From positions 980,668-1,044,667 of the forward strand of contig OZ246394.1 of the NCBI GenBank assembly GCA_965230895.1: a stretch of DNA of 64,000 nucleotides, given 5' to 3'. Below are positions 21,023 through 31,077 of this stretch, piece by piece (positions within the stretch are counted from its first letter, which is position 1; each line of letters opens with the position of its first letter). The notes under the pieces are model-generated. The model made no database searches and was not told the origin of the DNA. It worked only from the letters and a program-made list of their open reading frames with translations. The DNA is from an uncultured Gammaproteobacteria bacterium (GTDB lineage Bacteria; Patescibacteriota; Microgenomatia; Levybacterales; UBA12049). A program made the position numbers and the translations under genes.

Positions 21023-21159
21023 AATTGGTATTATATCACATTTTACCCACAAAGTACGCTGTAGTTAGCCGTTGGAAGTTTAAATAGTAGAAACTCGCGC
21101 TTCAGTATATTTAATACTTACTGCTGCCAAACTGGCAGTCGGGTCTTAAACGTTATACT

Positions 21160-24100
21160 TTAGACAGTAGCAGGTGCATCTTCAGTTTCTGGTTCAGTAA
21201 CTGGAGATTCTTCTGTAACATCTTCTTTTGGTTCTTCACTAACTTCATCATTTGATTCTTCTCCAGAACCATTTGATCCGCCTTCTTCTTCCTCTGGTTC
21301 AAAATTGCCACTCATACCAGCAACTGGGATGAGTCGTCCAATAATAACATTTTCCTTCAAACCTAGGAGCTTATCGACTCGACCTTCAAGTGCTGCTTCT
21401 GTCAAAACCTTTGTTGTTTCTTGGAATGATGCAGCTGAGAGCCATGAATCTGAGAACAACGCTGACTTAGTAATACCTAAGATAACTTGTCGACCTGTTG
21501 CTGGTTCTCCACCTTCCGAGAGAACTTCTGCATTCATTTCTTCAAATCGTGCCTTTGTTACGAAGTCGCCTGGGATAAGTGATGTATCACCAACAGTTTC
21601 AACGATGATCTTATCAGACATCTTTCGGATAGTAACTTCAAAGTGCTTGTCGTTAATACCGATACCTTGTGATTCATATACCTTTTGAACTTCAGTAATA
21701 AGGTATCTCTGGACCATTGAGAGTCCACCAATCTTCAAAACTTCTTTTGGATCCAAGTCACCTTCTGCAAGAGCTGTACCTGCATTGATTTCTTCACCAT
21801 CTTGTACTTTTAATGTCGCAGACAATGGTACGAAGTATTCTTGTGACTCAATTGGTTTGATCTTTGTATTCTTAACAGTGATAACGTGTCCTTCGTTGTT
21901 TGTTTCAATCTTAACCTTACCAGTGATTTCTGAAACAGCTGCCAAATTCTTTGGAGTTCTCATTTCAAAGAGTTCTTCAACACGTGGCAAACCTTGTGTC
22001 ACGTCACTCATAACAACTCCACCATAGTGGCGGACACGCATGGTAAGCTGAGTTCCAGGTTCTCCGATACTTTGTGCAGCCATAACTCCGACTGGAACTC
22101 CGAGACCAATTCTCTTCTTTGTTGAAAGATCCCAGCCATAACATGATGCACAGAGTCCGTATGGAAGTGCACATGTCAAAGGTGATCGTACAACTGCTTC
22201 TTCAACTTCATGTTCTTCAAGAAGGTGAACATTTTCTTCATTAACTTCTTCTCCAGCTTTGATAGCAATCTTCTTTGAGTTCTTTGCCATTGCATTCTGT
22301 GCAAGAACACGACCCATGAGTCTATCACCAAATGCTGCAGTTCTTTCTTTTTCACCTCGAACAATTGTAATTCCTTCTTCAGTTCCACAATCTTCTTCTC
22401 GGATGATAACTTCATGAGCCACATCAACAAGACGTCGAGTTAAGTATCCTGCATTCGCTGTCTTAAGAGCTGAGTCAGTCAAACCTTTTCGTGAACCTCT
22501 TGCTGAAGCTACGTATTCAAAGATTGAAAGACCTTCTCGGAAGTTAGACTTAACTGGAAGTTCAACGATCTTACCCATAGGATCAACGATAAGCCCTCGG
22601 AGCGCAGAAAGCTGCTTAAGCTGTTCCAGACCTGCACGGGATCCTCCTGAATCGATAGAGATCTTGATTGGATTGTTTGGCTTCAAAGCTTTCCATGAGA
22701 TATCTCCAACTGTATTTGTAACTTTCATCCAAACTTCGTTACTAAGTCTCTTCTTTTCAGAAAGAGTGATCAAACCTTGCTGATATTCTTGGTCAATAGC
22801 TGCAACTTTCTTTTCACCTTCTCTGATCATCGCATCCTTTTCAGGTACGATTTCGTTATCAAACATACTTACAGATACACCTGAGATAGTTGCACCGAAG
22901 AATCCGAGGCTCTTAATCTTGTCGATAAGTGCTGCAACCGTATCACCATCATAGATCTTCATAGATCGAGTGATAAGCTTCTTGATTCCGCCTGCATTGA
23001 TAGCTTCGTTTACATAACCGTAATCTGTTGGAAGAAGTTCATTGAACTTGATTCGACCAACTGAAGTTTCAAGAGTTTTTGAGACACCATCATGTGTTGT
23101 TATACGAACTGTGATTGGTTGGCGCATTCGAACCTTTCCGATGTCATATGCCAAAAGTGCTGAATTAGTATCACTAAAGTGTACTTGATCTTCTTCACTC
23201 TTTCGAAGCGTTTCATCAAGAGTTGTAAGGTAATAAGTACCCAAAGCCATTTCTTTATTTGGAAGTGTGATAGGATCCCCACTAGCTGGCTTCAAAAGGT
23301 TATGATTTGGCATCATAAGTTCGATCGCTTCTTCTTGTGCTTTTGCAGACAATGGAATATGTACAGCCATCTGGTCACCGTCAAAGTCAGCATTGTAACC
23401 TGCACATACACAAGGATGCAATTGGATAGCTGCTCCTTCGATCAAAACTGGGTAGAATGCTTGAATACCGAGTTTGTGCAAGGTAGGAGCACGGTTCAAA
23501 AGAACTGGATGATTCTTTGTGATTTCTTCAAGAATATCAAATACCTCTGGTGGTCGCTTTTCGATGTATCGTTTTGCTGACTTAATGTTTGTAGCCAAAC
23601 CTCGGACGATAACTTCTCGAAGGATGAATGGTTTAAACATTTCAAGCGCCATTTCTTTTGGAAGACCACATTGGTTTAATTTAAGTTCTGGTCCAACAAC
23701 GATAACTGAACGTCCTGAGTAATCAACACGCTTTCCAAGAAGATTTTGTCGGAATCGTCCTTGCTTACCTCGAAGCATGTCAGAAAGTGATCGAAGTGCT
23801 GAAGACATTGTCTGTGAACTTCGCTGTGATGAATCAATAAGCGCGTCAACTGATTCCTGAAGCATTCTCTTTTCATTTCTCAAAATGATTTCAGGAGCTC
23901 CAAGCGCAAGAAGGTGCTTCAAACGATTGTTTCGGTTGATAACTCTTCGATACAAATCATTCAAATCAGATGTAGCAAATCGTCCACCTGAAAGCTGAAC
24001 CATAGGTCGAAGATCTGGTGGGATAACAGGAAGTACAGTCATAACCATAGCTTCTGGAGTGATATCAGCTTTTCGCATATTTTCGAGAAGTCGAAGTCTC

Positions 24101-25038
24101 TTAACAAGCTTTAAGTATCGTTGTGCACTTGCCTTTTCAGCTTCAGTTCGGAGGTTTGCAATCAATGTTGGAATATCCAACTTTGTGACAACTTCCAAAA
24201 GTGCTTCTGAACCAGTCTTAATTGTAAAGAAGATTGGTGTATCGTATTCAAGAAGCTTGAAGTACTCATCTTCTGAAAGAACACTTCCAACTCGAAGACT
24301 CTTCAAGAGCTTTGTGAACGTATCAGAGATTTCGTCTAATTTCTTGAGTTCTCCTTCAAGAGATTCTGAATTTCGAGTCAATTTTTGTCGTGCTGCGAGA
24401 TCAATTTCTTCTTCAATCAATTGCTTTTGTTCGTCTGAACCTTTACTCTTAATTTCTTTCTTCTTTTCTTCAGCTTCAGCAGTGATCTTCTCACCTTCTG
24501 TATCCATTCGCTCAGTCAAAGCATCTTTTCGCTTTGTCATTGTTTCAACAAATGTATCAAGAGCTTCTTTCTTCTTTTCTTCATCAATATTTGTGATTAA
24601 GTATGAAGCATAGTAAATGATTGATTCAAGACTCTTCTGTTGGATATCCAAGAGAAGTGAAAGTGCACTTGAAGCACCTTTAAAGAACCAAACGTGTGCA
24701 ACTGGTGATGCAAGAGTGATATGACCAAGTCTTTCACGTCGAACACGTGAGAGAGTAACTTCAACACCACATTTGTCACAAACGATTCCTCGGTATCGGA
24801 TTCTCTTGTATTTACCACAGTAACATTCCCAGTCCTTCGTAGGTCCAAATATTCTTTCATCGAAAAGACCATCCTTTTCAGGTCGAAGTGTTCGGTAGTT
24901 AATAGTCTCTGGCTTTGTAACTTCGCCATATGACCATTGCATGATATCTTCATTTTTAGCCAAAAGGAGCTTCAATGATTTGAAATCAGCAATATTTAAA
25001 TCTTTTAATATATTTTTGTTTTTGTCTCTATTATTCAT
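21160..25038 (-). CDS. rpoC: RNA polymerase beta' subunit
   Basis: GEVTKPETINYRT, Zn-finger Cys residues, NADFDGD, AQSIGEPGTQLTMR. Confidence 0.99.
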   Translation of the reverse strand: MNNRDKNKNILKDLNIADFKSLKLLLAKNEDIMQWSYGEVTKPETINYRTLRPEKDGLFDERIFGPTKDWECYCGKYKRIRYRGIVCDKCGVEVTLSRVRRERLGHITLASPVAHVWFFKGASSALSLLLDIQQKSLESIIYYASYLITNIDEEKKKEALDTFVETMTKRKDALTERMDTEGEKITAEAEEKKKEIKSKGSDEQKQLIEEEIDLAARQKLTRNSESLEGELKKLDEISDTFTKLLKSLRVGSVLSEDEYFKLLEYDTPIFFTIKTGSEALLEVVTKLDIPTLIANLRTEAEKASAQRYLKLVKRLRLLENMRKADITPEAMVMTVLPVIPPDLRPMVQLSGGRFATSDLNDLYRRVINRNNRLKHLLALGAPEIILRNEKRMLQESVDALIDSSQRSSQTMSSALRSLSDMLRGKQGRFRQNLLGKRVDYSGRSVIVVGPELKLNQCGLPKEMALEMFKPFILREVIVRGLATNIKSAKRYIEKRPPEVFDILEEITKNHPVLLNRAPTLHKLGIQAFYPVLIEGAAIQLHPCVCAGYNADFDGDQMAVHIPLSAKAQEEAIELMMPNHNLLKPASGDPITLPNKEMALGTYYLTTLDETLRKSEEDQVHFSDTNSALLAYDIGKVRMRQPITVRITTHDGVSKTLETSVGRIKFNELLPTDYGYVNEAINAGGIKKLITRSMKIYDGDTVAALIDKIKSLGFFGATISGVSVSMFDNEIVPEKDAMIREGEKKVAAIDQEYQQGLITLSEKKRLSNEVWMKVTNTVGDISWKALKPNNPIKISIDSGGSRAGLEQLKQLSALRGLIVDPMGKIVELPVKSNFREGLSIFEYVASARGSRKGLTDSALKTANAGYLTRRLVDVAHEVIIREEDCGTEEGITIVRGEKERTAAFGDRLMGRVLAQNAMAKNSKKIAIKAGEEVNEENVHLLEEHEVEEAVVRSPLTCALPYGLCASCYGWDLSTKKRIGLGVPVGVMAAQSIGEPGTQLTMRVRHYGGVVMSDVTQGLPRVEELFEMRTPKNLAAVSEITGKVKIETNNEGHVITVKNTKIKPIESQEYFVPLSATLKVQDGEEINAGTALAEGDLDPKEVLKIGGLSMVQRYLITEVQKVYESQGIGINDKHFEVTIRKMSDKIIVETVGDTSLIPGDFVTKARFEEMNAEVLSEGGEPATGRQVILGITKSALFSDSWLSAASFQETTKVLTEAALEGRVDKLLGLKENVIIGRLIPVAGMSGNFEPEEEEGGSNGSGEESNDEVSEEPKEDVTEESPVTEPETEDAPATV

Positions 25039-25040
25039 AG

Positions 25041-28000
25041 TTATTTAACCTCTTCCTCAGCTGCTGCTTCAAGATCAGCATCATCTGGTTCAACTTCTAA
25101 CTCAGGCTCTACTTCTTTTGCTTCTGGTTCTTCAGCTACTGATTCTGCATCAAGTGATTCTTCAAGTTCTTGTACTTCTTCTTTGATTTCTTCAGATGCA
25201 ACTTCAGCTTTTTCTTCAACCTCTTCTTGTTCTTCAACTGCTCCAACTGGAACAACATTCAAACCAAGTGATTGCAATTCTTTAATCAATACCTTAAATG
25301 ATTCTGGAACCTTTGGTGTTGGGATATCTGTTCCCTTAACGATAGCTTCAAAAGCTTTCGCACGACCAACGACATCGTCAGATTTGATTGTAAGCATTTC
25401 TTGAAGGATGTATCGCGCTCGATGTGATTCAAGAGCCCAAACTTCCATTTCTCCAAGTCTCTGTCCACCCATTTGTGCTTTACCACCAAGTGGCTGCTGT
25501 GTAACGAGTGAGTATGGTCCAGTAGAACGTGCGTGAGTCTTATCCTCAACCATGTGGATAAGCTTCATAATGTATTCTATACCAACTACTACTGGATTTT
25601 CAAATGGAATACCAGTCTTACCATCAATCAAGTTCATTTTACCATTAACTGGCAAGCCTGCTTCTTCCAAAAGATCAATCATTCGTTGCTCGTCAATCTT
25701 TTCAAATGCTGGAACTCCAACTTTCATTCCAAGCTTTTGCGCTGCATATCCAACGTGAGCTTCCATGATCTGTCCAAGGTTCATACGAGCAAGGATAGAT
25801 ACAGGAGAGATAATAATATCAATCGGTGTACCATCTTCCAAGTGAGGCATATCCGCTACTGGAAGGATTCTTGAAATAATACCTTTGTTACCGTGTCGTC
25901 CAGCGAGCTTGTCTCCAACAGAAACGTGTCTGAATTGAGCAACTTCAACAATAATCTTTCGCATTGTTCCTGGTTCCAATTCATCACCTTGCTTACGGTC
26001 AAGCACTTGTACTGAAATAACAGTTCCTCGTTCTCCGTGAGGCATTCGAAGTGAAGTATCTCGAACTTCTCGTGCTTGCTCACCAAAGATTGCTCTCAAA
26101 AGTCTTTCTTCTGCTGTTAATTCAGTTTCACCCTTTGGCGCAATCTTACCAACAAGAATGTCTCCAGGTGAGACTTCGGATCCTAACACGACGACACCTG
26201 TTTCGTCAAGGTTTGCGAGATCTTCTTCACTCACATTTGGAATATCTCGTGTTGTTTCTTCTGGTCCAAGCTTTGTTTCTACCACTGCTGCTTCATACTT
26301 TTCGATATGAATACTTGAAAGCGCATTTTGCTTAACAAGGTTGTCTGAGATAACGATAGCGTCTTCATAACCAAGTCCATCAAGAGATGCATATGCAATC
26401 AAAAGATTTCGGCCAAGCGCAAGTTCTCCAAGCTGACTTGAAGGACCATCGATAAGAACATCACCTTTTTTGATCAATTGGCCTTGTGTAACCATTGCTC
26501 TTTGCGTATATGATGTTGCCTGTGAAGTTCTTTCAAATGCTTGAATTGGGAATGACATTGTTTCACCAGTTTGACTTTCAATGTTTACTTTATCAGCGTC
26601 TACATACATAACTTTACCGTCAAATGGAGATTTAATAACACGACCCATTACTTCTGAGATGTCTGATTCCATACCTGTTCCAACAACTGGACTTTGTGGA
26701 TTAATAAGTGGAACAGCTTGACATTGCATGTGAGTACCCATCAATGCACGATTCGCTTCGTCATGAGCAATAAATGGAATAAGTGATGCTGAAGTACCGA
26801 CAACTTGTCGTGGAACAACATCAATGTATTGCAACATTTCTCGATCAACTTCAGTAAAGTCTCCATTGTATCGAACTGGTACACGCTCATCAAGGATTTC
26901 TCCATCTTCGCCAATACTTACACCAGCGTGAGTGATATATGCTTCTCTTTCATCGTCTGCACTTAAGTAAACGATTTCGTCACTAATTCGGACTTTCTTT
27001 CCATCCTTAACAACTTTTCGATAAGGTGCTTCGAGGAAACCATAGTCATTAACCTTTGAATACAATGCAAAGTATGTAACCAAACCAATGTTTGGACCTT
27101 CAGGACTTCGAATAGGATCAATTCTTCCATATTGTGAAGAGTTGATATCACGGATAGAGAAGGCTGCACGTTCTCGTGAAATACCACCTGTACCCATAAC
27201 CGTCAAACGGTTAAGATTGTCAATTTCAGAAAGTGGATTTGTTTGGTCAAGAATTGTTGAAAGCTGTGAAGTTCGGAAGAATTCATTGATTGCAGCCATA
27301 ATTGGTCGCGCATTAATAAGATTTCCAACAGTAACTGGAACGTCAGCTTGCAAAAGTGACATTCTTTCTTTGATACTTCTTTCAACACGGAGGACACCAA
27401 CGCGGAAAGCATTGATTGCAACTAATTCTCCTACACTTCGAACACGTCGGTTTGAAAGAGAATCAATATCATCCGTATTACCTGTACCAGCTTCAAGCTT
27501 CATAAGGTATGAAAGGGTTGCGATGATGTCTTCAATTGTCAAAACATGTTCTTCTGATGGTTCGAATCCTTCAACGGCTTTAAGTCTTTTGTTGATCTTA
27601 TATCGTCCAACAACACCGAGATCGTATCGTCGGTTATTAAAGAAAAGATTTGTGAAATATTCTCGTACTTTGTCCAAAACAACTGGTTCACCTGGATGCA
27701 TCTTTCGGAAGATTTCGATCAATGCTTCAGTATCACTTGTTGTTTCGTCTTTTGCTAATGTATTCTGGATTAATTGTGCACCTGCTTCACCCGCTACATC
27801 TTTGAACTTTTCTTTGATTGCATCATTATCTGAAATACCCAAAGCTCGAAGGAATGTTGTAGCCAAGAACTTTCGTCGGCGATCAATCTTTACAGTAATA
27901 GTACCGTATCGAGTTGTTGCGAATTCCAACCATGAACCATGTACTGGTCGGATTTCTGTTGAGTAAAGAGTCTTTCCTGTGATTGGATCTTGTGTTCCTG

Positions 28001-28445
28001 TGAAGAAAACACCAGATGAACGGACAAGCTGATTAACCACTGCACGTTCAATACCATTTACAACGAACGTTCCTCGTGTTGTCATTTGAGGGATGTCACC
28101 AAGAAAAACTTCTGCTTTGTGATTTTCGCCTGTCTTTTTGTTTGTGAGTGTTACACCAACTGTTAAAGGAGCGTTGTATGTTAAACCTTTATATAATGCC
28201 ATTTCCGGAGTAATAGTTGGTTTACCAATTTTGTGCTCGTGGAATTCGAGAGACCAGTTCTTTCCTGTAAAATCATCTACTGGAGTAATTTCTTTAAGGA
28301 TTTCAGGGATACCTTGTTCTTGAAAAAGTTTGTACGACGCTTTTTGGACTGCCAAGAGATCTAACTTTGGTAGGTCTTTATAATCTTTTCCCCAATTCTG
28401 GCGAACGTATTTAATATTGTCTTGTGCGTCTGATTGCTTAGGCAT
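25041..28445 (-). CDS. rpoB: RNA polymerase beta subunit
   Basis: SPEGPNIGL, GDKLAGRHGNKG, GGQRLGEME. Confidence 0.99.
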   Translation of the reverse strand: MPKQSDAQDNIKYVRQNWGKDYKDLPKLDLLAVQKASYKLFQEQGIPEILKEITPVDDFTGKNWSLEFHEHKIGKPTITPEMALYKGLTYNAPLTVGVTLTNKKTGENHKAEVFLGDIPQMTTRGTFVVNGIERAVVNQLVRSSGVFFTGTQDPITGKTLYSTEIRPVHGSWLEFATTRYGTITVKIDRRRKFLATTFLRALGISDNDAIKEKFKDVAGEAGAQLIQNTLAKDETTSDTEALIEIFRKMHPGEPVVLDKVREYFTNLFFNNRRYDLGVVGRYKINKRLKAVEGFEPSEEHVLTIEDIIATLSYLMKLEAGTGNTDDIDSLSNRRVRSVGELVAINAFRVGVLRVERSIKERMSLLQADVPVTVGNLINARPIMAAINEFFRTSQLSTILDQTNPLSEIDNLNRLTVMGTGGISRERAAFSIRDINSSQYGRIDPIRSPEGPNIGLVTYFALYSKVNDYGFLEAPYRKVVKDGKKVRISDEIVYLSADDEREAYITHAGVSIGEDGEILDERVPVRYNGDFTEVDREMLQYIDVVPRQVVGTSASLIPFIAHDEANRALMGTHMQCQAVPLINPQSPVVGTGMESDISEVMGRVIKSPFDGKVMYVDADKVNIESQTGETMSFPIQAFERTSQATSYTQRAMVTQGQLIKKGDVLIDGPSSQLGELALGRNLLIAYASLDGLGYEDAIVISDNLVKQNALSSIHIEKYEAAVVETKLGPEETTRDIPNVSEEDLANLDETGVVVLGSEVSPGDILVGKIAPKGETELTAEERLLRAIFGEQAREVRDTSLRMPHGERGTVISVQVLDRKQGDELEPGTMRKIIVEVAQFRHVSVGDKLAGRHGNKGIISRILPVADMPHLEDGTPIDIIISPVSILARMNLGQIMEAHVGYAAQKLGMKVGVPAFEKIDEQRMIDLLEEAGLPVNGKMNLIDGKTGIPFENPVVVGIEYIMKLIHMVEDKTHARSTGPYSLVTQQPLGGKAQMGGQRLGEMEVWALESHRARYILQEMLTIKSDDVVGRAKAFEAIVKGTDIPTPKVPESFKVLIKELQSLGLNVVPVGAVEEQEEVEEKAEVASEEIKEEVQELEESLDAESVAEEPEAKEVEPELEVEPDDADLEAAAEEEVK

Positions 28446-28481
28446 CGGTAGTTAATGGTAGGCAGGTATCGCTATTCATGC

Positions 28482-28515
28482 AAAAAAGATACAAAGGGCA
28501 AAACCCTTGTATCTT
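28482..28515 (-). terminator. terminator-like hairpin inside the rpoB leader (possible attenuator)
   Basis: AAGATACAAGGG-TTTTG-CCCTTTGTATCTT followed by TTTT, between the promoter and the ATG. Confidence 0.6.
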
Positions 28516-28538
28516 CATCGGTAAATGAGAGCTAATCG

Positions 28539-28568
28539 TTTATATCACATAGTCTAAACTCTTGTCAA
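28539..28568 (-). promoter_or_regulatory. rpoBC promoter
   Basis: TTGACA-18-TATAAA with a TGn extension. Confidence 0.65.
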
Positions 28569-28632
28569 TACTTTTAGTGCATTTTGGTACTAAATTGATT
28601 GCATACCATCAAAGTGGTATAGTGTTCAGGTA

Positions 28633-29172
28633 ATGACTAAACGTTTTGCAGATAAACGGGTCTATTATTCAGGATCGCTTACAGGCACGCCTGAACATGA
28701 TCTGCAATTCCCCAAAAAATTAGTTAGCTATATTGAAAGTCTTGGAGCAGACGTTCTCGACCCACATGTAGCAATATCCCCTCGATTAATTGGAGAACGA
28801 GAAGCATATTTTGCGAAACAAGGAACAAAATACAACATCTCCCTTGATGCATGGAAGGAGCTCTCATCTGAAGAACAGGACGAGGCAAGATACAAATATT
28901 TTATTGGATTACTCGACGAAGCAACGCATGTGGTAGCGCTCCTTAACGGCCCAACAACAGGAGTTGGTATGGAGATCGAACATGCTGTACTGAAACCGCA
29001 ACTAGGCCTGAATGAAACACCAATTCTTGGTCTAGTTCATACTGATCGGTTAGCAAGTGTTTCGCCAATGATCAGAGGTGCAGCAAAAGTATATCCTCAT
29101 TTTATCCTTAAGACCTATGCAACGTTACGTGATGCAGAAGAAATTATTTATCAATTTTTAGAACAAGATTAA
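28633..29172 (+). CDS. nucleoside 2-deoxyribosyltransferase / DNPH1(Rcl)-like protein
   Basis: VYYSGSL.G N-terminus and PTTGVGMEIEHA catalytic Glu motif. Confidence 0.7.
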   Translation: MTKRFADKRVYYSGSLTGTPEHDLQFPKKLVSYIESLGADVLDPHVAISPRLIGEREAYFAKQGTKYNISLDAWKELSSEEQDEARYKYFIGLLDEATHVVALLNGPTTGVGMEIEHAVLKPQLGLNETPILGLVHTDRLASVSPMIRGAAKVYPHFILKTYATLRDAEEIIYQFLEQD

Positions 29173-29208
29173 ATATTTCCCTCTTGCATGCTATAATAAT
29201 AGTCTACT

Positions 29209-31056
29209 ATGACCGCATCTGAAATAGTTACAAAATATATTGCATTTTATGAGAAGCGTGGGCACAAAAGAATTGCCAATGCACCAGTTGTCCCACAAAA
29301 TGATCCTACAACCCTTTTTACAAGCTCGGGGATGCAGGCACTTATTCCTTATCTATTGGGAGAAGAACATCCATTGGGGACACGACTTGTAAATGTACAA
29401 AACTGTTTCCGCGCAGTCGATATTGATGAGGTCGGAGATGATCGACATACTACGTTCTTTCGAATGATGGGTAATTGGTCACTTGGAGATTACTTCAAGA
29501 AAGAACAACTTCCTTGGTTCTTCGAATTTCTAACTGACAAGAAAGATGGCTTGGGAATTGATCCTTCAAGATTGTATGTCACTGTTTTTTCTGGCAATGA
29601 CGATATCGAACCAGATACTGAAAGCATTCAATTATGGAAAGATATTTTCAAGAAAGCTGGTATTGATGCAAAAGAAGGCGAACGGATTTTTCCATACGGT
29701 GTTGAAAAGAACTGGTGGTCACGATCAGGAACTCCGGAAAAAATGCCTGCTGGAGAACCAGGTGGACCAGATAGTGAAATGTTTTATGACTTTGGCGCTG
29801 AATTACAACTTCATGAGAACAGTCAATTTAAAGATGAAGCATGCCATGTGAATTGTGATTGCGGCCGATACTGGGAAATTGGAAATAGTGTTTTTATGCA
29901 ATATTTGAAGCAAGATAATGGTGGATTTAAACCTTTGCCAAAGCAAAATGTTGACTTTGGTGGAGGCTTAGAAAGGCTTTTGGGAGCAGCAGAACACAAG
30001 CACGATATGTTTCAAACATCACTTTTTGCTCCAACCATCGCAGCAATTGAGAAAGCAACAGGTGAAGTTTACAGCCAAAACAAAAAGTCTATGCAAATCA
30101 TCGCCGACCATATGGGAGGAAGCTCGTTCATCATCGCTGGTGGAGTACGGCCTGCAAATAAGGAACAAGGCTATATTCTCCGTCGTTTGATCCGAAGAGC
30201 ATATGATCATTTCTCACGACTTGGAGGAAAAGATCTTGCACCGGTTGTCGAAACAGTTGTGGGTCAATACAAAGTAACTGATCCTGAACTTGCACAGAAG
30301 TATGAAGAAATTAAGCTTACAATTTTGGAAGAAGTAAAGAAATATAGTACAGCTTTGAATAAAGCAAAAGGTTATATCGACAAGAAGTATGGCGGGAAAG
30401 AGATAAGTGACGGAATTAAAGAGATTACGCCTGAAGATGTCTTTTACCTTTACTCTTCGCACGGACTCTCCCCTACGCAAGTTGAAAGTCTTGGATATAC
30501 ATTCGATAGACAAAAGTTTGCTGAGCTTATGGAAAAGCATCAGAACCTGAGTAAATCAGGTGCAGGACAAAAATTCCGAGGAGGATTGGCAGATCATCAG
30601 GAGAAAACAGTCATGGGACATACAGCCACTCACCTTTTACATCAGGCGTTGCGTGATATGTTTGGCAAGCAATTGCACCAATCAGGATCAAACATTACAA
30701 CTGAGCGACTTCGTTTTGACTTCAACTTTGACCGGAAACTTACCGATGAGGAAGTACAGAAGCTTGAAGACGTCGTTAATGGAAAGATTAAAGAGAATAT
30801 CCCGGTTCATTTCGAAATGATTCCGACTGAAGAAGCAAAGAAGATTGGCGCAATTGGACTTTTCGAAGATACCTATGCAGACACTTCAAAAATCTATTTT
30901 ATCGGAGGAAGTTCCAAAGATTCTCAGGCTGCATACTCAATCGAATTCTGCGGAGGACCACATGTAGAATTTACAGGAAAGCTAAAATCGTTTAAGATAA
31001 TAAAGCAGGAGAACCTTGGCAATAAAATGCGTCGGGTTTACGCTGTTGTTGGATAA
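29209..31056 (+). CDS. alaS: alanine--tRNA ligase (short form, no C-Ala domain)
   Basis: DPTTLFTSSGM, GNWSLGDYFK, editing motifs HTATH and CGGPH. Confidence 0.96.
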   Translation: MTASEIVTKYIAFYEKRGHKRIANAPVVPQNDPTTLFTSSGMQALIPYLLGEEHPLGTRLVNVQNCFRAVDIDEVGDDRHTTFFRMMGNWSLGDYFKKEQLPWFFEFLTDKKDGLGIDPSRLYVTVFSGNDDIEPDTESIQLWKDIFKKAGIDAKEGERIFPYGVEKNWWSRSGTPEKMPAGEPGGPDSEMFYDFGAELQLHENSQFKDEACHVNCDCGRYWEIGNSVFMQYLKQDNGGFKPLPKQNVDFGGGLERLLGAAEHKHDMFQTSLFAPTIAAIEKATGEVYSQNKKSMQIIADHMGGSSFIIAGGVRPANKEQGYILRRLIRRAYDHFSRLGGKDLAPVVETVVGQYKVTDPELAQKYEEIKLTILEEVKKYSTALNKAKGYIDKKYGGKEISDGIKEITPEDVFYLYSSHGLSPTQVESLGYTFDRQKFAELMEKHQNLSKSGAGQKFRGGLADHQEKTVMGHTATHLLHQALRDMFGKQLHQSGSNITTERLRFDFNFDRKLTDEEVQKLEDVVNGKIKENIPVHFEMIPTEEAKKIGAIGLFEDTYADTSKIYFIGGSSKDSQAAYSIEFCGGPHVEFTGKLKSFKIIKQENLGNKMRRVYAVVG

Positions 31057-31077
31057 TAACCAACGTTAAAACTAAAT

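Noticed and set aside
21126-21140. CTGCCA-N3-TGGCAG hairpin after rpoC as a terminator
   Set aside because: No U-tract on the minus strand; too weak to call
27088-27966. 292-aa plus-strand ORF and other long antisense ORFs over rpoB, rpoC, groEL, pnp and ftsK
   Set aside because: Antisense shadows of conserved genes caused by codon bias; no motifs or independent start signals
29209-31056. Short AlaS (and short IF2 at 50100-51572) as pseudogenes
   Set aside because: Catalytic motifs are intact with clean ends; short forms are typical of reduced CPR genomes
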